Assembly (NCBI RefSeq): GCF_013122565.1
Contig: NZ_CP053258.1
Reading direction: 5' to 3' (one strand)
Origin: Escherichia coli
Lineage (GTDB): Bacteria; Pseudomonadota; Gammaproteobacteria; Enterobacterales; Enterobacteriaceae
Length of the DNA stretch: 64,000 bases
The notes beneath the pieces are model-generated. The model did no database searches. It was not told the origin of the DNA and saw only the letters and a program-made list of their open reading frames with translations. Position numbers and translations under genes: made by a program. This document shows positions 9,991 through 18,701 of the stretch, piece by piece. Position 1 is the first letter of the stretch, and each line of letters begins with the position of its first letter.

Positions 9991-11678
9991 AAATTGTTTA
10001 TACACCTGATCGATCCTGGAGAGAAATCCCACCAGCAAAACCAGAACTTGGTGATGTTTTATCTCTGAGCAGTAATAATTGGGATGACTATGGATATAAA
10101 ACTACTCTAAACGCAAAAATATACATTAAGAATCAATCTATTTCATTTGATTTTTCAATTAAATTATTAATTGAAAATATCGATAACACGGCAATAAAGC
10201 TAGATGAATTATGTAAAGATGGATGGGATGGAATATTCCCCATCCCTAATACTAACTATATAGCTCTTCCATCTGATATTGATTTTTATCAAATACTCAT
10301 ATCTAAAATAGGTGAGGAATCAACAGTCAATCTTCTGAATGATCTGAACGATGCAGGTTTCAATAAAAATGTTTACCATAATGAAATATCTAACAGACTC
10401 ATAGAACAAGATGCCTTTAAAACGTCATTACTCCGAGAAAGTGGAGCAAATAAAGCCTATCTAGACGGTTATCTGATATTCCAAAATATTCACGCAGAAA
10501 TAAGAAACTTTCAGTTAAATATTTTAACGAAAAAAGGAGGTGTAAATAAGATACCATTTAAATTTGAATCTAATTTATTGCCTTATGATATTAATGTTAT
10601 TATTGGCCCGAATGGGATTGGTAAATCTCATTGCCTGAAATCACTTGTTGAATATTGGTTGCAAATAGGAATGGGGGAACAACGATTACTTGAAAAGAAT
10701 AAGCATACTCCATTTGATGAACGACCTAACATAAGTAAGCTTGTTCTTGTTTCTTATAGCCCTTTTGAAGAGTTCAGCCTAGATCTAGAAAAAGACAATT
10801 TACAAGATAAAAAGGCATATCAATATTTTGGTTTCAGGCAAATGAGAGATAATGGGACAATTGGTATCAGTCGAAACTTACCAGCTTTAAATTCAAGTGA
10901 GTCATTACTTGAAATGATATCTGATGATAAGAAATACCAATTCATTGAAAATCGAATAAATAAGCTCAACTCTGTCGATTCTGCACTCAAATCTGCTATT
11001 AGCTATGATTATTGTGTTCTAAGATTATCTCCAGAAGATAACTCATCTTATCTCGGGAAAGATATTGTCATAATTGATGGCGAAAAATATCTCCCTGCAG
11101 TAAATATTGTAAAATGGGCTGATCATTTAGATTTAATAAGGGATTCTATACTACTCAATGATGGTGTAATCTTTGTTAAAGATGGGGAAATTGTAAATCT
11201 TAGTTCTGGCCAACGATTATTTGTATATATAGCTATTAATGTTGTCGGTGCAATGAAAGAAAATAGCTTAATTGTGATTGATGAACCTGAATTATTTTTA
11301 CATCCTAACCTTGAAATAGAATTCATTGGGCTACTAAAAAAATTACTTAAATCATTTCGCTCTAAAGCTATTCTAGCTACTCATTCCCTATCTATCACAC
11401 GTGAAGTACCGTCAAAATGTGTACATATATTCCGCTACAAGGATGACGAATTTGAAATAGTCCCCCCGCCATTTGAAACATTTGGCGGTAATGTTCAGAG
11501 AATTTCTTCTTATGTTTTCGGCGATAAATCGATCTCTAAGCCTTTTGATGAATGGCTTGAGATGCAGCTTCAAGCTATTAAAGATCCTGAAAAATTAATT
11601 GAAATGCTAAATGAAGAAATTAATGAAGAAATAATCATGAAAATCATGAGTTTAGGGAAAAAGTATCATGGTCACTAA
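9987..11678 (+). CDS. ABC/SMC-like ATPase with ~200-aa N-terminal extension (PtuA-like; candidate defence ATPase, 563 aa)
   Basis: Walker A GPNGIGKS (aa 207-214, nt ~10604-10627); ABC signature-like LSSGQR (aa 405-410); Walker B LIVIDEPELFLHP (aa 428-440); H-loop ATHS; start overlaps hsdS stop; AT-rich. Confidence 0.75.
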   Translation: MKIVYTPDRSWREIPPAKPELGDVLSLSSNNWDDYGYKTTLNAKIYIKNQSISFDFSIKLLIENIDNTAIKLDELCKDGWDGIFPIPNTNYIALPSDIDFYQILISKIGEESTVNLLNDLNDAGFNKNVYHNEISNRLIEQDAFKTSLLRESGANKAYLDGYLIFQNIHAEIRNFQLNILTKKGGVNKIPFKFESNLLPYDINVIIGPNGIGKSHCLKSLVEYWLQIGMGEQRLLEKNKHTPFDERPNISKLVLVSYSPFEEFSLDLEKDNLQDKKAYQYFGFRQMRDNGTIGISRNLPALNSSESLLEMISDDKKYQFIENRINKLNSVDSALKSAISYDYCVLRLSPEDNSSYLGKDIVIIDGEKYLPAVNIVKWADHLDLIRDSILLNDGVIFVKDGEIVNLSSGQRLFVYIAINVVGAMKENSLIVIDEPELFLHPNLEIEFIGLLKKLLKSFRSKAILATHSLSITREVPSKCVHIFRYKDDEFEIVPPPFETFGGNVQRISSYVFGDKSISKPFDEWLEMQLQAIKDPEKLIEMLNEEINEEIIMKIMSLGKKYHGH

Positions 11679-12594
11679 GTTACAACTTCCCGAATATGAC
11701 TCTATTAAGGTACTCCGAACCATCATTTCAGAAAGAGAGAGATATAAAGATTTCTATGATAGCTTATCGAATGATTGGATAGCACATGTAGAAAGCTATT
11801 TGGAACATCATGGTGATCCACGCTTTATTACACCTCTCGACCTCTCTCTGTATATTTCAGAAGAATTAGTACAAAATGAAGAAGAGAAAACAACTGATGC
11901 CAATAGGCATATATCGGCGCAAGAAAGACTGACGCAAAAAAGGAAACAAACTCTAATTAATTTATACTCTCCTGCTGAGGGGAAAACTCCCTACGATATT
12001 CTTGATACTTTAAGACGAGGACATGGCCTGTTATTTTGCCCATGTTGTGGGGAACCAGGAAAGCCGACAACGTTAGACCATTATTTGCCTAAAACTATCT
12101 ATCCTGAATTAGCTATAATTATTGCTAACTTAACGCCGATGTGTAATGAATGTCAGCAGAATAAAAGTTCTGATTATTTTGATGAGGATGGTAACAAAAT
12201 TTACATACATCCTTATTTTGATCCTATTGAACAAGTTAATTTAATCATTGATATAGAAGAACCCTATGCTACTCCAACATTCAGGCTAAACATTACTGAG
12301 GATGGTGATGATAATGAGATTTATGAATTGCTAAGGCGACATATAAATGGTGTTAAATTTTTAGAGCGATTCGATGAGTTTTGTCGAAATGAATATATGG
12401 CATTATTGCGCACAATGTCATTAGAACGTCAAGATGCTCAACCGGATAGAGCGTCAAGAATAATTTGTCGATTCAAACGCCAATATGAGGGTCAGTCTCC
12501 AAATAGATGGGAGGCTATTTTCTATAGAGGGATATTGAATAATGCCGACCTACTTAATTATCTAGATCATGGAAACTTGCCTGATTTTACATAA
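11668..12594 (+). CDS. HNH-family nuclease (PtuB-like; candidate defence effector, 308 aa)
   Basis: HNH/zinc-finger pattern CPCC (aa 124-127), DH (137-138), N154, CNEC (159-162); start overlaps the upstream ATPase gene by 11 nt. Confidence 0.75.
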   Translation: MVTKLQLPEYDSIKVLRTIISERERYKDFYDSLSNDWIAHVESYLEHHGDPRFITPLDLSLYISEELVQNEEEKTTDANRHISAQERLTQKRKQTLINLYSPAEGKTPYDILDTLRRGHGLLFCPCCGEPGKPTTLDHYLPKTIYPELAIIIANLTPMCNECQQNKSSDYFDEDGNKIYIHPYFDPIEQVNLIIDIEEPYATPTFRLNITEDGDDNEIYELLRRHINGVKFLERFDEFCRNEYMALLRTMSLERQDAQPDRASRIICRFKRQYEGQSPNRWEAIFYRGILNNADLLNYLDHGNLPDFT

Positions 12595-12842
12595 GAGTTA
12601 AATATATTACATCAATCAAAAATTGATAACGATTTCATAATGATAAAATTAAAACAAAGGCATTTACTGTTATTTTAATTATATATATAAGACAGATACA
12701 ATGCCTTTTAATTTCTATAAGACTGTTTTTCTCATAAAAATCACTTTATATAGATTAAAAACACCATCCAATAAAGCATCATTCTACTTTCATAGATACT
12801 ATAATAACAAAATTAACATTATTTCATGTTTTTTAAGCAAGC

Positions 12843-13847
12843 TTAATAATAATTATAGTATAACCGTTTAATTGCCTTGTTTAATATAGTTTCATACTCA
12901 TTTTCTGACATATTCAACCAAGCAGTTATACTTTTTAATCCACTAGACTGATAATCTATAAACTCGCGCATTTTATTATAATCAATACTTACCTGCGTGT
13001 TTGTATCAGCTATAACTTTAGGTTCCCCATTACACCACCCTAAAATAAGAAAACTACTCATTGTGCTTGACATGTCACAAAAGAAAAAAAGATCGGGTAT
13101 TATTTTACCTAATTGCTTTGCATAACTGACTACCTCAGGTATTTCAAGCAACTCTCTGGGGTCATCATCATACCCCCCAAATAATATTTCAACCTTACCC
13201 TGTTGACTATAAGCAAATTCCTTTGTCACTTTTAGTCTTTTAAAAATGCTAATGACAAAACCAAAATCAAATCTTAAAACATCTTCTTTAGGAATAATTA
13301 GGCGAGTGATATCTATATTCTCATTAAATATTTTGTTTACACACCAAAACATTTCAAACTCAGAGTAATAATCAACTTCTTCAGGAAGAAGTGCCAATAT
13401 CTCATCTCTACTATCAATCAATTGACGTTTTGGAATATTAATCTTCCATGATTTTTTTGTTCTTTCAATTTTGATAGGATCAAAATATTCCCAAAACACT
13501 TCTTTTTTTTCAGGATTGCAAAGCAAAATCAAAACAGGTATTGGGCAGTTGGATAAATAATTAAAGTGCTTATTTTCACCTCTGTAAACATATCCCCACC
13601 GATTTTCTTCCGAAAAAAATGAAGCTCCACATTTGATTTGTACAGCAAGCATTTTCCCCGTTACGGCTCCATCTTCTCGTACTATTTCGATATAACCATC
13701 GATACCGAAATCCATTTCTTGATGGTTTATCTTAAAAATCCATCCAAGATTTTCATTAATTACTGATTTTACTATATTTACTCCAAGCTCACCTAATTGA
13801 GCTTCTTTTTGGTATTTTGGGAATTTATCTATCATAAAAAACCTCAA
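12843..13847 (-). CDS. hypothetical protein with DUF4365-like / PD-(D/E)xK nuclease-like N-terminal domain (334 aa)
   Basis: N-terminal segment DFGIDGYIEIV...LAVQIKCG fits a D...E.K nuclease core as I recall DUF4365; C-terminal half unassigned; strongly AT-rich; convergent with the ATPase-HNH operon. Confidence 0.5.
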   Translation of the reverse strand: MRFFMIDKFPKYQKEAQLGELGVNIVKSVINENLGWIFKINHQEMDFGIDGYIEIVREDGAVTGKMLAVQIKCGASFFSEENRWGYVYRGENKHFNYLSNCPIPVLILLCNPEKKEVFWEYFDPIKIERTKKSWKINIPKRQLIDSRDEILALLPEEVDYYSEFEMFWCVNKIFNENIDITRLIIPKEDVLRFDFGFVISIFKRLKVTKEFAYSQQGKVEILFGGYDDDPRELLEIPEVVSYAKQLGKIIPDLFFFCDMSSTMSSFLILGWCNGEPKVIADTNTQVSIDYNKMREFIDYQSSGLKSITAWLNMSENEYETILNKAIKRLYYNYY

Positions 13848-14079
13848 ATTTCAAAAAATATATTAACCGTAACTATCCATTTTAACTAGTTGGCATTTTT
13901 AGCGCCTGAATTTATCTCATGTATATATCTCGCAATGAACATTACAGTGATTAAGCATTAAAAATTATTAAACGAGAATGTTCATAATGATATTTATGTT
14001 TTAGACATTATTGTAAACATCCTTATATTCTACTCCATCCGTACTAGTAGAAGGTATTATAATAACAATAGTACTCAAC

Positions 14080-14109
14080 GACCAACTAGCCCTCTTGGGC
14101 TAGTTGGTC
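14080..14109. other. Perfect 13-bp inverted repeat with 4-nt loop just downstream of the integrase stop
   Basis: gaccaactagccc-tctt-gggctagttggtc read directly; possible int terminator or protein-binding site. Confidence 0.5.
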
Positions 14110-14150
14110 ATCATGATATTACAATCAACCAAAAAATAAAGGCATTCAAG

Positions 14151-15419
14151 TCACTCGCCATTACCCCGATTGATCTTCGCATAGTCAAACGGCGTAATCG
14201 CTCTCTCCCGATTGGCATCCAGAAAATCAGCCCACCACTGCAACATCAGCTTGCGTTCATCCAGGTGTTCCGCTTTATGGATATACGCCGCCCTCACTGA
14301 ATTGCGTTCCATATGGCTCATCTGCCTTTCCACCGCATCCTTCGACCATAGTCCTGACTCAATTAGCGAACTACAGGCCATTGTGCGGAAACCGTGACCA
14401 CAAACTTCAACCTTAGTGTCATAGCCCATCACCCGTAGCGCACTGTTTACGGTGTTCTCGCTCATGGGCTTACGCGGATCGTGATCGCCAATAAAAATCA
14501 GCTCATGCTCACCACAGAACTGCTTTATCTGCTTCAGGATCGCCAACGCCTGCTTTGAAAGTGGCACCAGATGCGGTGTACGCATCTTTGATCCTCGCTG
14601 AGAATGTTTAACATCAGGAATGGGTTCACGTTCCGGTGGAATCGTCCACATCGACGTGTCGAAATCTATCTCCGACCAGCGGGCAAAACGTAGCTCGCTG
14701 GATCGAATAAAGATAAGCAGGGTAAGTTCGGTTGCCCAACGGGTTAATCGCCTTCCAGTATAGCTGTCTATTTTCTGAAGCAGTTCTGGAATACGCTTTA
14801 ACTCCAGAGCCGGGCGATGCTGTCGCTTGCCAGAAGCAACGGCTCCCGCCATCTCTTGAGCCGGGTTATAATCAATCAGTCCACTTTGCACAGCATAACG
14901 CATGATAGCCGTGGTACGTTGTTGGAGACGGGAAGCCACCTCAAGACGTCCAGATATCTCTACGGCTTTAATGGGAAGTAACAAATCACGGGTACTCAAT
15001 TCAGCAATATTACGTGTCCCAATCGCCGGAAAGACATTATCCTCCAGACTCTTTTTTACACGATTAGCATGATCTTCCGACCATTTTTGGTTGGTCACGA
15101 GCCACTCTCTGGCAACCTTCTCGAAAGTAATAATCTCTTTCGCCTGCTCTTCTTTCACAACACGCTTATGTTCGCGTGGATCGATACCAGCAGCTACCAG
15201 CTTTCTGGCCTCCTCCCTTTTCTTCCTGGCATCTGCCAGTGAAATTTCGGGGTAAACACCAAACGCCATCACATGCTGCTTGCCACCAAAACGAAAACGA
15301 AATCGCCAATATTTGGAGCCATTAGCATGTACCAGTAAAAACAGGCCATCACCATCAGATAGCGGGTTTGCATTATCTTCAGATTTTGCCGAACGGACTT
15401 TAGTATCAGTCAGAGCCAT
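14151..15419 (-). CDS. P4-family tyrosine integrase (422 aa), apparently intact
   Basis: C-terminal catalytic region with HGFR and RAAYIH (His-x-x-Arg and Tyr motifs); N-terminus typical of P4-like integrases; adjacent to the tRNA 3' end. Confidence 0.9.
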   Translation of the reverse strand: MALTDTKVRSAKSEDNANPLSDGDGLFLLVHANGSKYWRFRFRFGGKQHVMAFGVYPEISLADARKKREEARKLVAAGIDPREHKRVVKEEQAKEIITFEKVAREWLVTNQKWSEDHANRVKKSLEDNVFPAIGTRNIAELSTRDLLLPIKAVEISGRLEVASRLQQRTTAIMRYAVQSGLIDYNPAQEMAGAVASGKRQHRPALELKRIPELLQKIDSYTGRRLTRWATELTLLIFIRSSELRFARWSEIDFDTSMWTIPPEREPIPDVKHSQRGSKMRTPHLVPLSKQALAILKQIKQFCGEHELIFIGDHDPRKPMSENTVNSALRVMGYDTKVEVCGHGFRTMACSSLIESGLWSKDAVERQMSHMERNSVRAAYIHKAEHLDERKLMLQWWADFLDANRERAITPFDYAKINRGNGE

Positions 15420-15618
15420 GATACTTCTCCTTCCATGTACCGCCGTGAGTATACAAACATTATCGAATCAGCATATATACTCAGTTATATACTCACAAGC
15501 GACTTGATGTGGGTTGACCCAGGTTGACTTCAGTTGAGGGGAAAATCGAGGAAAGCCTTGTGTAGCGCGGGTTTCAGGCATAAAAAAAGACCTCAGTTGA
15601 GGTCTATTTACATACTTT

Positions 15619-15703
15619 TGGTGCCGAAGGCCGGACTCGAACCGGCACGTATTTCTACGGTTGATTTTGAATCAACTGCGTCTACCGATTTCGCCACTTC
15701 GGC
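15619..15703 (-). tRNA. leuX: tRNA-Leu (anticodon CAA)
   Basis: Reverse complement reads GCCGAAGTGGCGAAATCGGTAGACGCAGTTGATTCAAAATCAACC...GGTTCGAGTCCGGCCTTCGGCACCA with CAA in the anticodon loop and 3' CCA. Confidence 0.9.
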
Positions 15704-15898
15704 ACTGAAGAGGTATGCGGAAAACGTTGTGGATTATACCTGTCGCACGCCACCATGCAAGCGCCAGCTTGCTCGCACCTCGCTAAGTGCTGAAATTTTC
15801 AGCATTGCATACAGCGATGTGTAACCTTTGTCACACTCCAGGCACCCCGCCCTGCCATGCTCTACACTTCCCAGACAACACCAGAGAAGGACCAAAAA

Positions 15899-16918
15899 AT
15901 GTCGATGATAAAAAGCTATGCCGCAAAAGAAGCGGGCGGCGAACTGGAAGTTTATGAGTACGATCCCGGTGAACTGAAGCCACAAGATGTTGAAGTGCAG
16001 GTGGATTACTGCGGGATCTGCCATTCCGATCTGTCGATGATCGATAACGAATGGGGATTGTCACAATATCCGCTGGTTGCCGGGCATGAGGTGATTGGGC
16101 GCGTGGTGGCACTCGGGAGCGCCGCGCAGGATAAAGGTTTGCAGGTCGGTCAGCGTGTCGGGATTGGCTGGACGGCACGCAGCTGCGGGCATTGCGATGC
16201 CTGTATTAGCGGTAATCAGATCAACTGCGAGCAAGGTTCGGTGCCAACAATTATGAATCGCGGCGGTTTTGCCGAGAAGTTGCGTGCGGACTGGCAATGG
16301 GTGATTCCACTGCCAGAAAATATCGACATTGAATCTGCTGGGCCGCTGTTGTGCGGCGGTATCACGGTCTTTAAACCACTGTTGATGCACCATATCACTG
16401 CCACCAGCCGCGTTGGGGTAATTGGTATTGGCGGGCTGGGGCATATTGCCATAAAGCTTCTGCACGCGATGGGATGCGAGGTGACAGCCTTTAGTTCTAA
16501 TCCAGCGAAAGAGCAGGAAGTGCTGGCGATGGGTGCCGATAAAGTGGTGAATAGCCGCGATCCGCAGGCACTGAAAGCTCTGGCGGGCCAGTTTGATCTC
16601 ATTATCAACACCGTCAACGTCAGCCTCGACTGGCAGCCTTATTTTGAAGCGCTGACCTATGGCGGTAATTTCCATACGGTCGGAGCGGTTCTCACGCCGC
16701 TGTCTGTTCCGGCCTTTACGTTAATTGCGGGCGACCGCAGCGTCTCTGGTTCTGCTACCGGCACGCCTTATGAGCTGCGTAAGCTGATGCGTTTTGCCGC
16801 CCGCAGCAAGGTTGCGCCGACCACCGAACTGTTCCCGATGTCGAAAATAAACGACGCCATCCAGCATGTGCGCAACGGTAAGGCGCGTTACCGCGTGGTT
16901 CTGAAAGCCGACTTCTGA
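15899..16918 (+). CDS. ahr: NADPH-dependent aldehyde reductase Ahr (zinc-type alcohol dehydrogenase)
   Basis: Translation [21 protein letters not shown]...GICHSD; RBS GAGAAGG upstream of ATG 15899; ORF-track start 15857 judged too far upstream. Confidence 0.9.
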   Translation: MSMIKSYAAKEAGGELEVYEYDPGELKPQDVEVQVDYCGICHSDLSMIDNEWGLSQYPLVAGHEVIGRVVALGSAAQDKGLQVGQRVGIGWTARSCGHCDACISGNQINCEQGSVPTIMNRGGFAEKLRADWQWVIPLPENIDIESAGPLLCGGITVFKPLLMHHITATSRVGVIGIGGLGHIAIKLLHAMGCEVTAFSSNPAKEQEVLAMGADKVVNSRDPQALKALAGQFDLIINTVNVSLDWQPYFEALTYGGNFHTVGAVLTPLSVPAFTLIAGDRSVSGSATGTPYELRKLMRFAARSKVAPTTELFPMSKINDAIQHVRNGKARYRVVLKADF

Positions 16919-17047
16919 TCCCTTTGCCGGGTGCCTGTCGCCCGGCACTTAAATCTCTTTGGAAGGCGTCTCGCAATCTGCTGAATTTAGCGGTGAAGAG
17001 TGCGCAGCCGTTGCCTATACTCCAGGCAGGAAACTGGAGGAAATCTC

Positions 17048-18550
17048 ATGAGCGAACCCCTGTTAATTGCCCGCACGCCGGACACAGAACTGCTTTTATT
17101 GCCGGGAATGGCGAATCGTCACGGGCTGATTACTGGCGCAACGGGTACGGGTAAAACCGTTACGCTGCAAAAACTGGCGGAGTCTCTATCGGAAATCGGT
17201 GTTCCGGTGTTTATGGCCGATGTGAAAGGCGATCTGACCGGCGTCGCGCAGGCAGGAACGGCGTCGGAAAAACTGCTCGCAAGGCTTAAAAATATCGGTG
17301 TCAACGACTGGCAACCGCATGCCAATCCGGTGGTGGTGTGGGATATCTTTGGCGAGAAAGGCCATCCGGTGCGGGCGACGGTTTCAGACCTGGGGCCGCT
17401 GTTGCTGGCGCGGCTGTTGAATCTCAACGATGTGCAGTCTGGCGTGCTAAATATCATCTTCCGTATTGCTGACGATCAGGGGCTGTTACTGCTCGACTTT
17501 AAAGATCTGCGGGCGATTACCCAGTACATCGGCGATAACGCCAAATCCTTCCAGAATCAGTACGGAAATATCAGTAGCGCATCGGTTGGTGCCATCCAGC
17601 GCGGATTACTGTCGCTGGAGCAACAAGGTGCGGCGCATTTCTTTGGCGAGCCGATGCTGGATATCAAAGACTGGATGCGCACCGATGCTAACGGTAAAGG
17701 CGTTATCAATATCCTCAGCGCCGAAAAGCTTTATCAGATGCCTAAACTGTACGCCGCCAGCCTGCTGTGGATGCTCTCGGAGTTGTATGAACAATTGCCG
17801 GAAGCGGGCGATCTGGAGAAACCAAAACTGGTGTTTTTCTTCGACGAGGCACATCTGCTGTTTAACGATACCCCGCAGGTACTGCTGGATAAGATTGAGC
17901 AGGTGATAAGGCTTATCCGCTCAAAAGGCGTGGGCGTCTGGTTCGTTTCGCAAAACCCGTCTGATATTCCGGATAACGTGCTCGGGCAGCTCGGTAATCG
18001 CGTTCAACACGCTTTGCGTGCTTTTACGCCTAAAGATCAGAAAGCAGTGAAGGCAGCAGCGCAAACCATGCGGGCCAATCCGGCGTTTGATACCGAAAAG
18101 GCGATTCAGGAACTGGGCACCGGCGAGGCGTTAATCTCGTTTCTTGATGTGAAAGGAAGTCCTTCAGTGGTGGAGCGGGCGATGGTGATTGCGCCTTGTT
18201 CGCGAATGGGGCCGGTGAAGGAAGATGAGCGCAATGGCTTGATTAATCACTCTCCGGTGTATGGCAAGTACGAGGATGAGGTGGACCGGGAATCCGCCTA
18301 TGAGATGTTGCAAAAAGGCTTTCAGGCCAGTACCGAGCAGCAAAATAATCCCCCCGCGAAAGGGAAAGAGGTGGCGGTGGATGACGGTATTCTTGGTGGA
18401 TTGAAGGATATTTTGTTTGGCACTATCGGACCACGCGGCGGGAAGAAAGATGGTGTGGTGCAAACAATGGCGAAAAGCGCCGCCCGCCAGGTGACGAATC
18501 AGATTGTGCGTGGAATGTTGGGGAGTTTGCTGGGGGGGAGAAAAAGGTAA
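17048..18550 (+). CDS. yjgR: P-loop NTPase YjgR (DUF853)
   Basis: Translation [17 protein letters not shown]... with Walker A GATGTGKT; 500 aa from ATG at 17048. Confidence 0.85.
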   Translation: MSEPLLIARTPDTELLLLPGMANRHGLITGATGTGKTVTLQKLAESLSEIGVPVFMADVKGDLTGVAQAGTASEKLLARLKNIGVNDWQPHANPVVVWDIFGEKGHPVRATVSDLGPLLLARLLNLNDVQSGVLNIIFRIADDQGLLLLDFKDLRAITQYIGDNAKSFQNQYGNISSASVGAIQRGLLSLEQQGAAHFFGEPMLDIKDWMRTDANGKGVINILSAEKLYQMPKLYAASLLWMLSELYEQLPEAGDLEKPKLVFFFDEAHLLFNDTPQVLLDKIEQVIRLIRSKGVGVWFVSQNPSDIPDNVLGQLGNRVQHALRAFTPKDQKAVKAAAQTMRANPAFDTEKAIQELGTGEALISFLDVKGSPSVVERAMVIAPCSRMGPVKEDERNGLINHSPVYGKYEDEVDRESAYEMLQKGFQASTEQQNNPPAKGKEVAVDDGILGGLKDILFGTIGPRGGKKDGVVQTMAKSAARQVTNQIVRGMLGSLLGGRKR

Positions 18551-18571
18551 GCCAGGTGCGATTTGTCTTTG

Positions 18572-18610
18572 CCTGATGCGACGCTGGCGCGTCTTATCAT
18601 GCCTACACCA
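18572..18610. repeat. REP-like element
   Basis: gcctgatgcgacgctggcgcgtcttatcatgcctac matches the enterobacterial REP pattern. Confidence 0.5.
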
Positions 18611-18701
18611 CTGCAATATATTGGATTTTCATGATTTTTCAGGCATGAACGAAGCACACTTTGCTAATAATAATAAAGGGAGCTTTCGCTCCCTTGCTTG
18701 G

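Larger units (their letters stand above)
1..15618. mobile_element. leuX-associated integrative genomic island (partial; distal boundary lies outside the window)
   Basis: P4-family integrase gene beside the 3' end of tRNA-Leu(CAA); cargo of R-M and defence-like genes with AT-rich segments; prophage-type genes at left edge; no copy of the tRNA 3' end seen inside the window by eye. Confidence 0.75.

Noticed and set aside
9987-12842. Retron-associated Septu (reverse transcriptase plus msr/msd ncRNA next to the ATPase-HNH pair)
   Set aside because: No reverse-transcriptase-like ORF and no obvious structured ncRNA region flank the pair; the downstream 250 bp is AT-rich spacer without long inverted repeats.
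1-14150. Second copy of the leuX 3' end (attR) inside the window
   Set aside because: I looked for tggtgccgaaggccggactcgaa or its reverse complement in the intergenic regions of the island and did not see it; the distal island boundary is presumably outside the window. A full computational scan is still needed.
15534-15824. 96-aa plus-strand ORF spanning the leuX tRNA gene
   Set aside because: Overlaps a confidently identified tRNA on the opposite strand; artefact.
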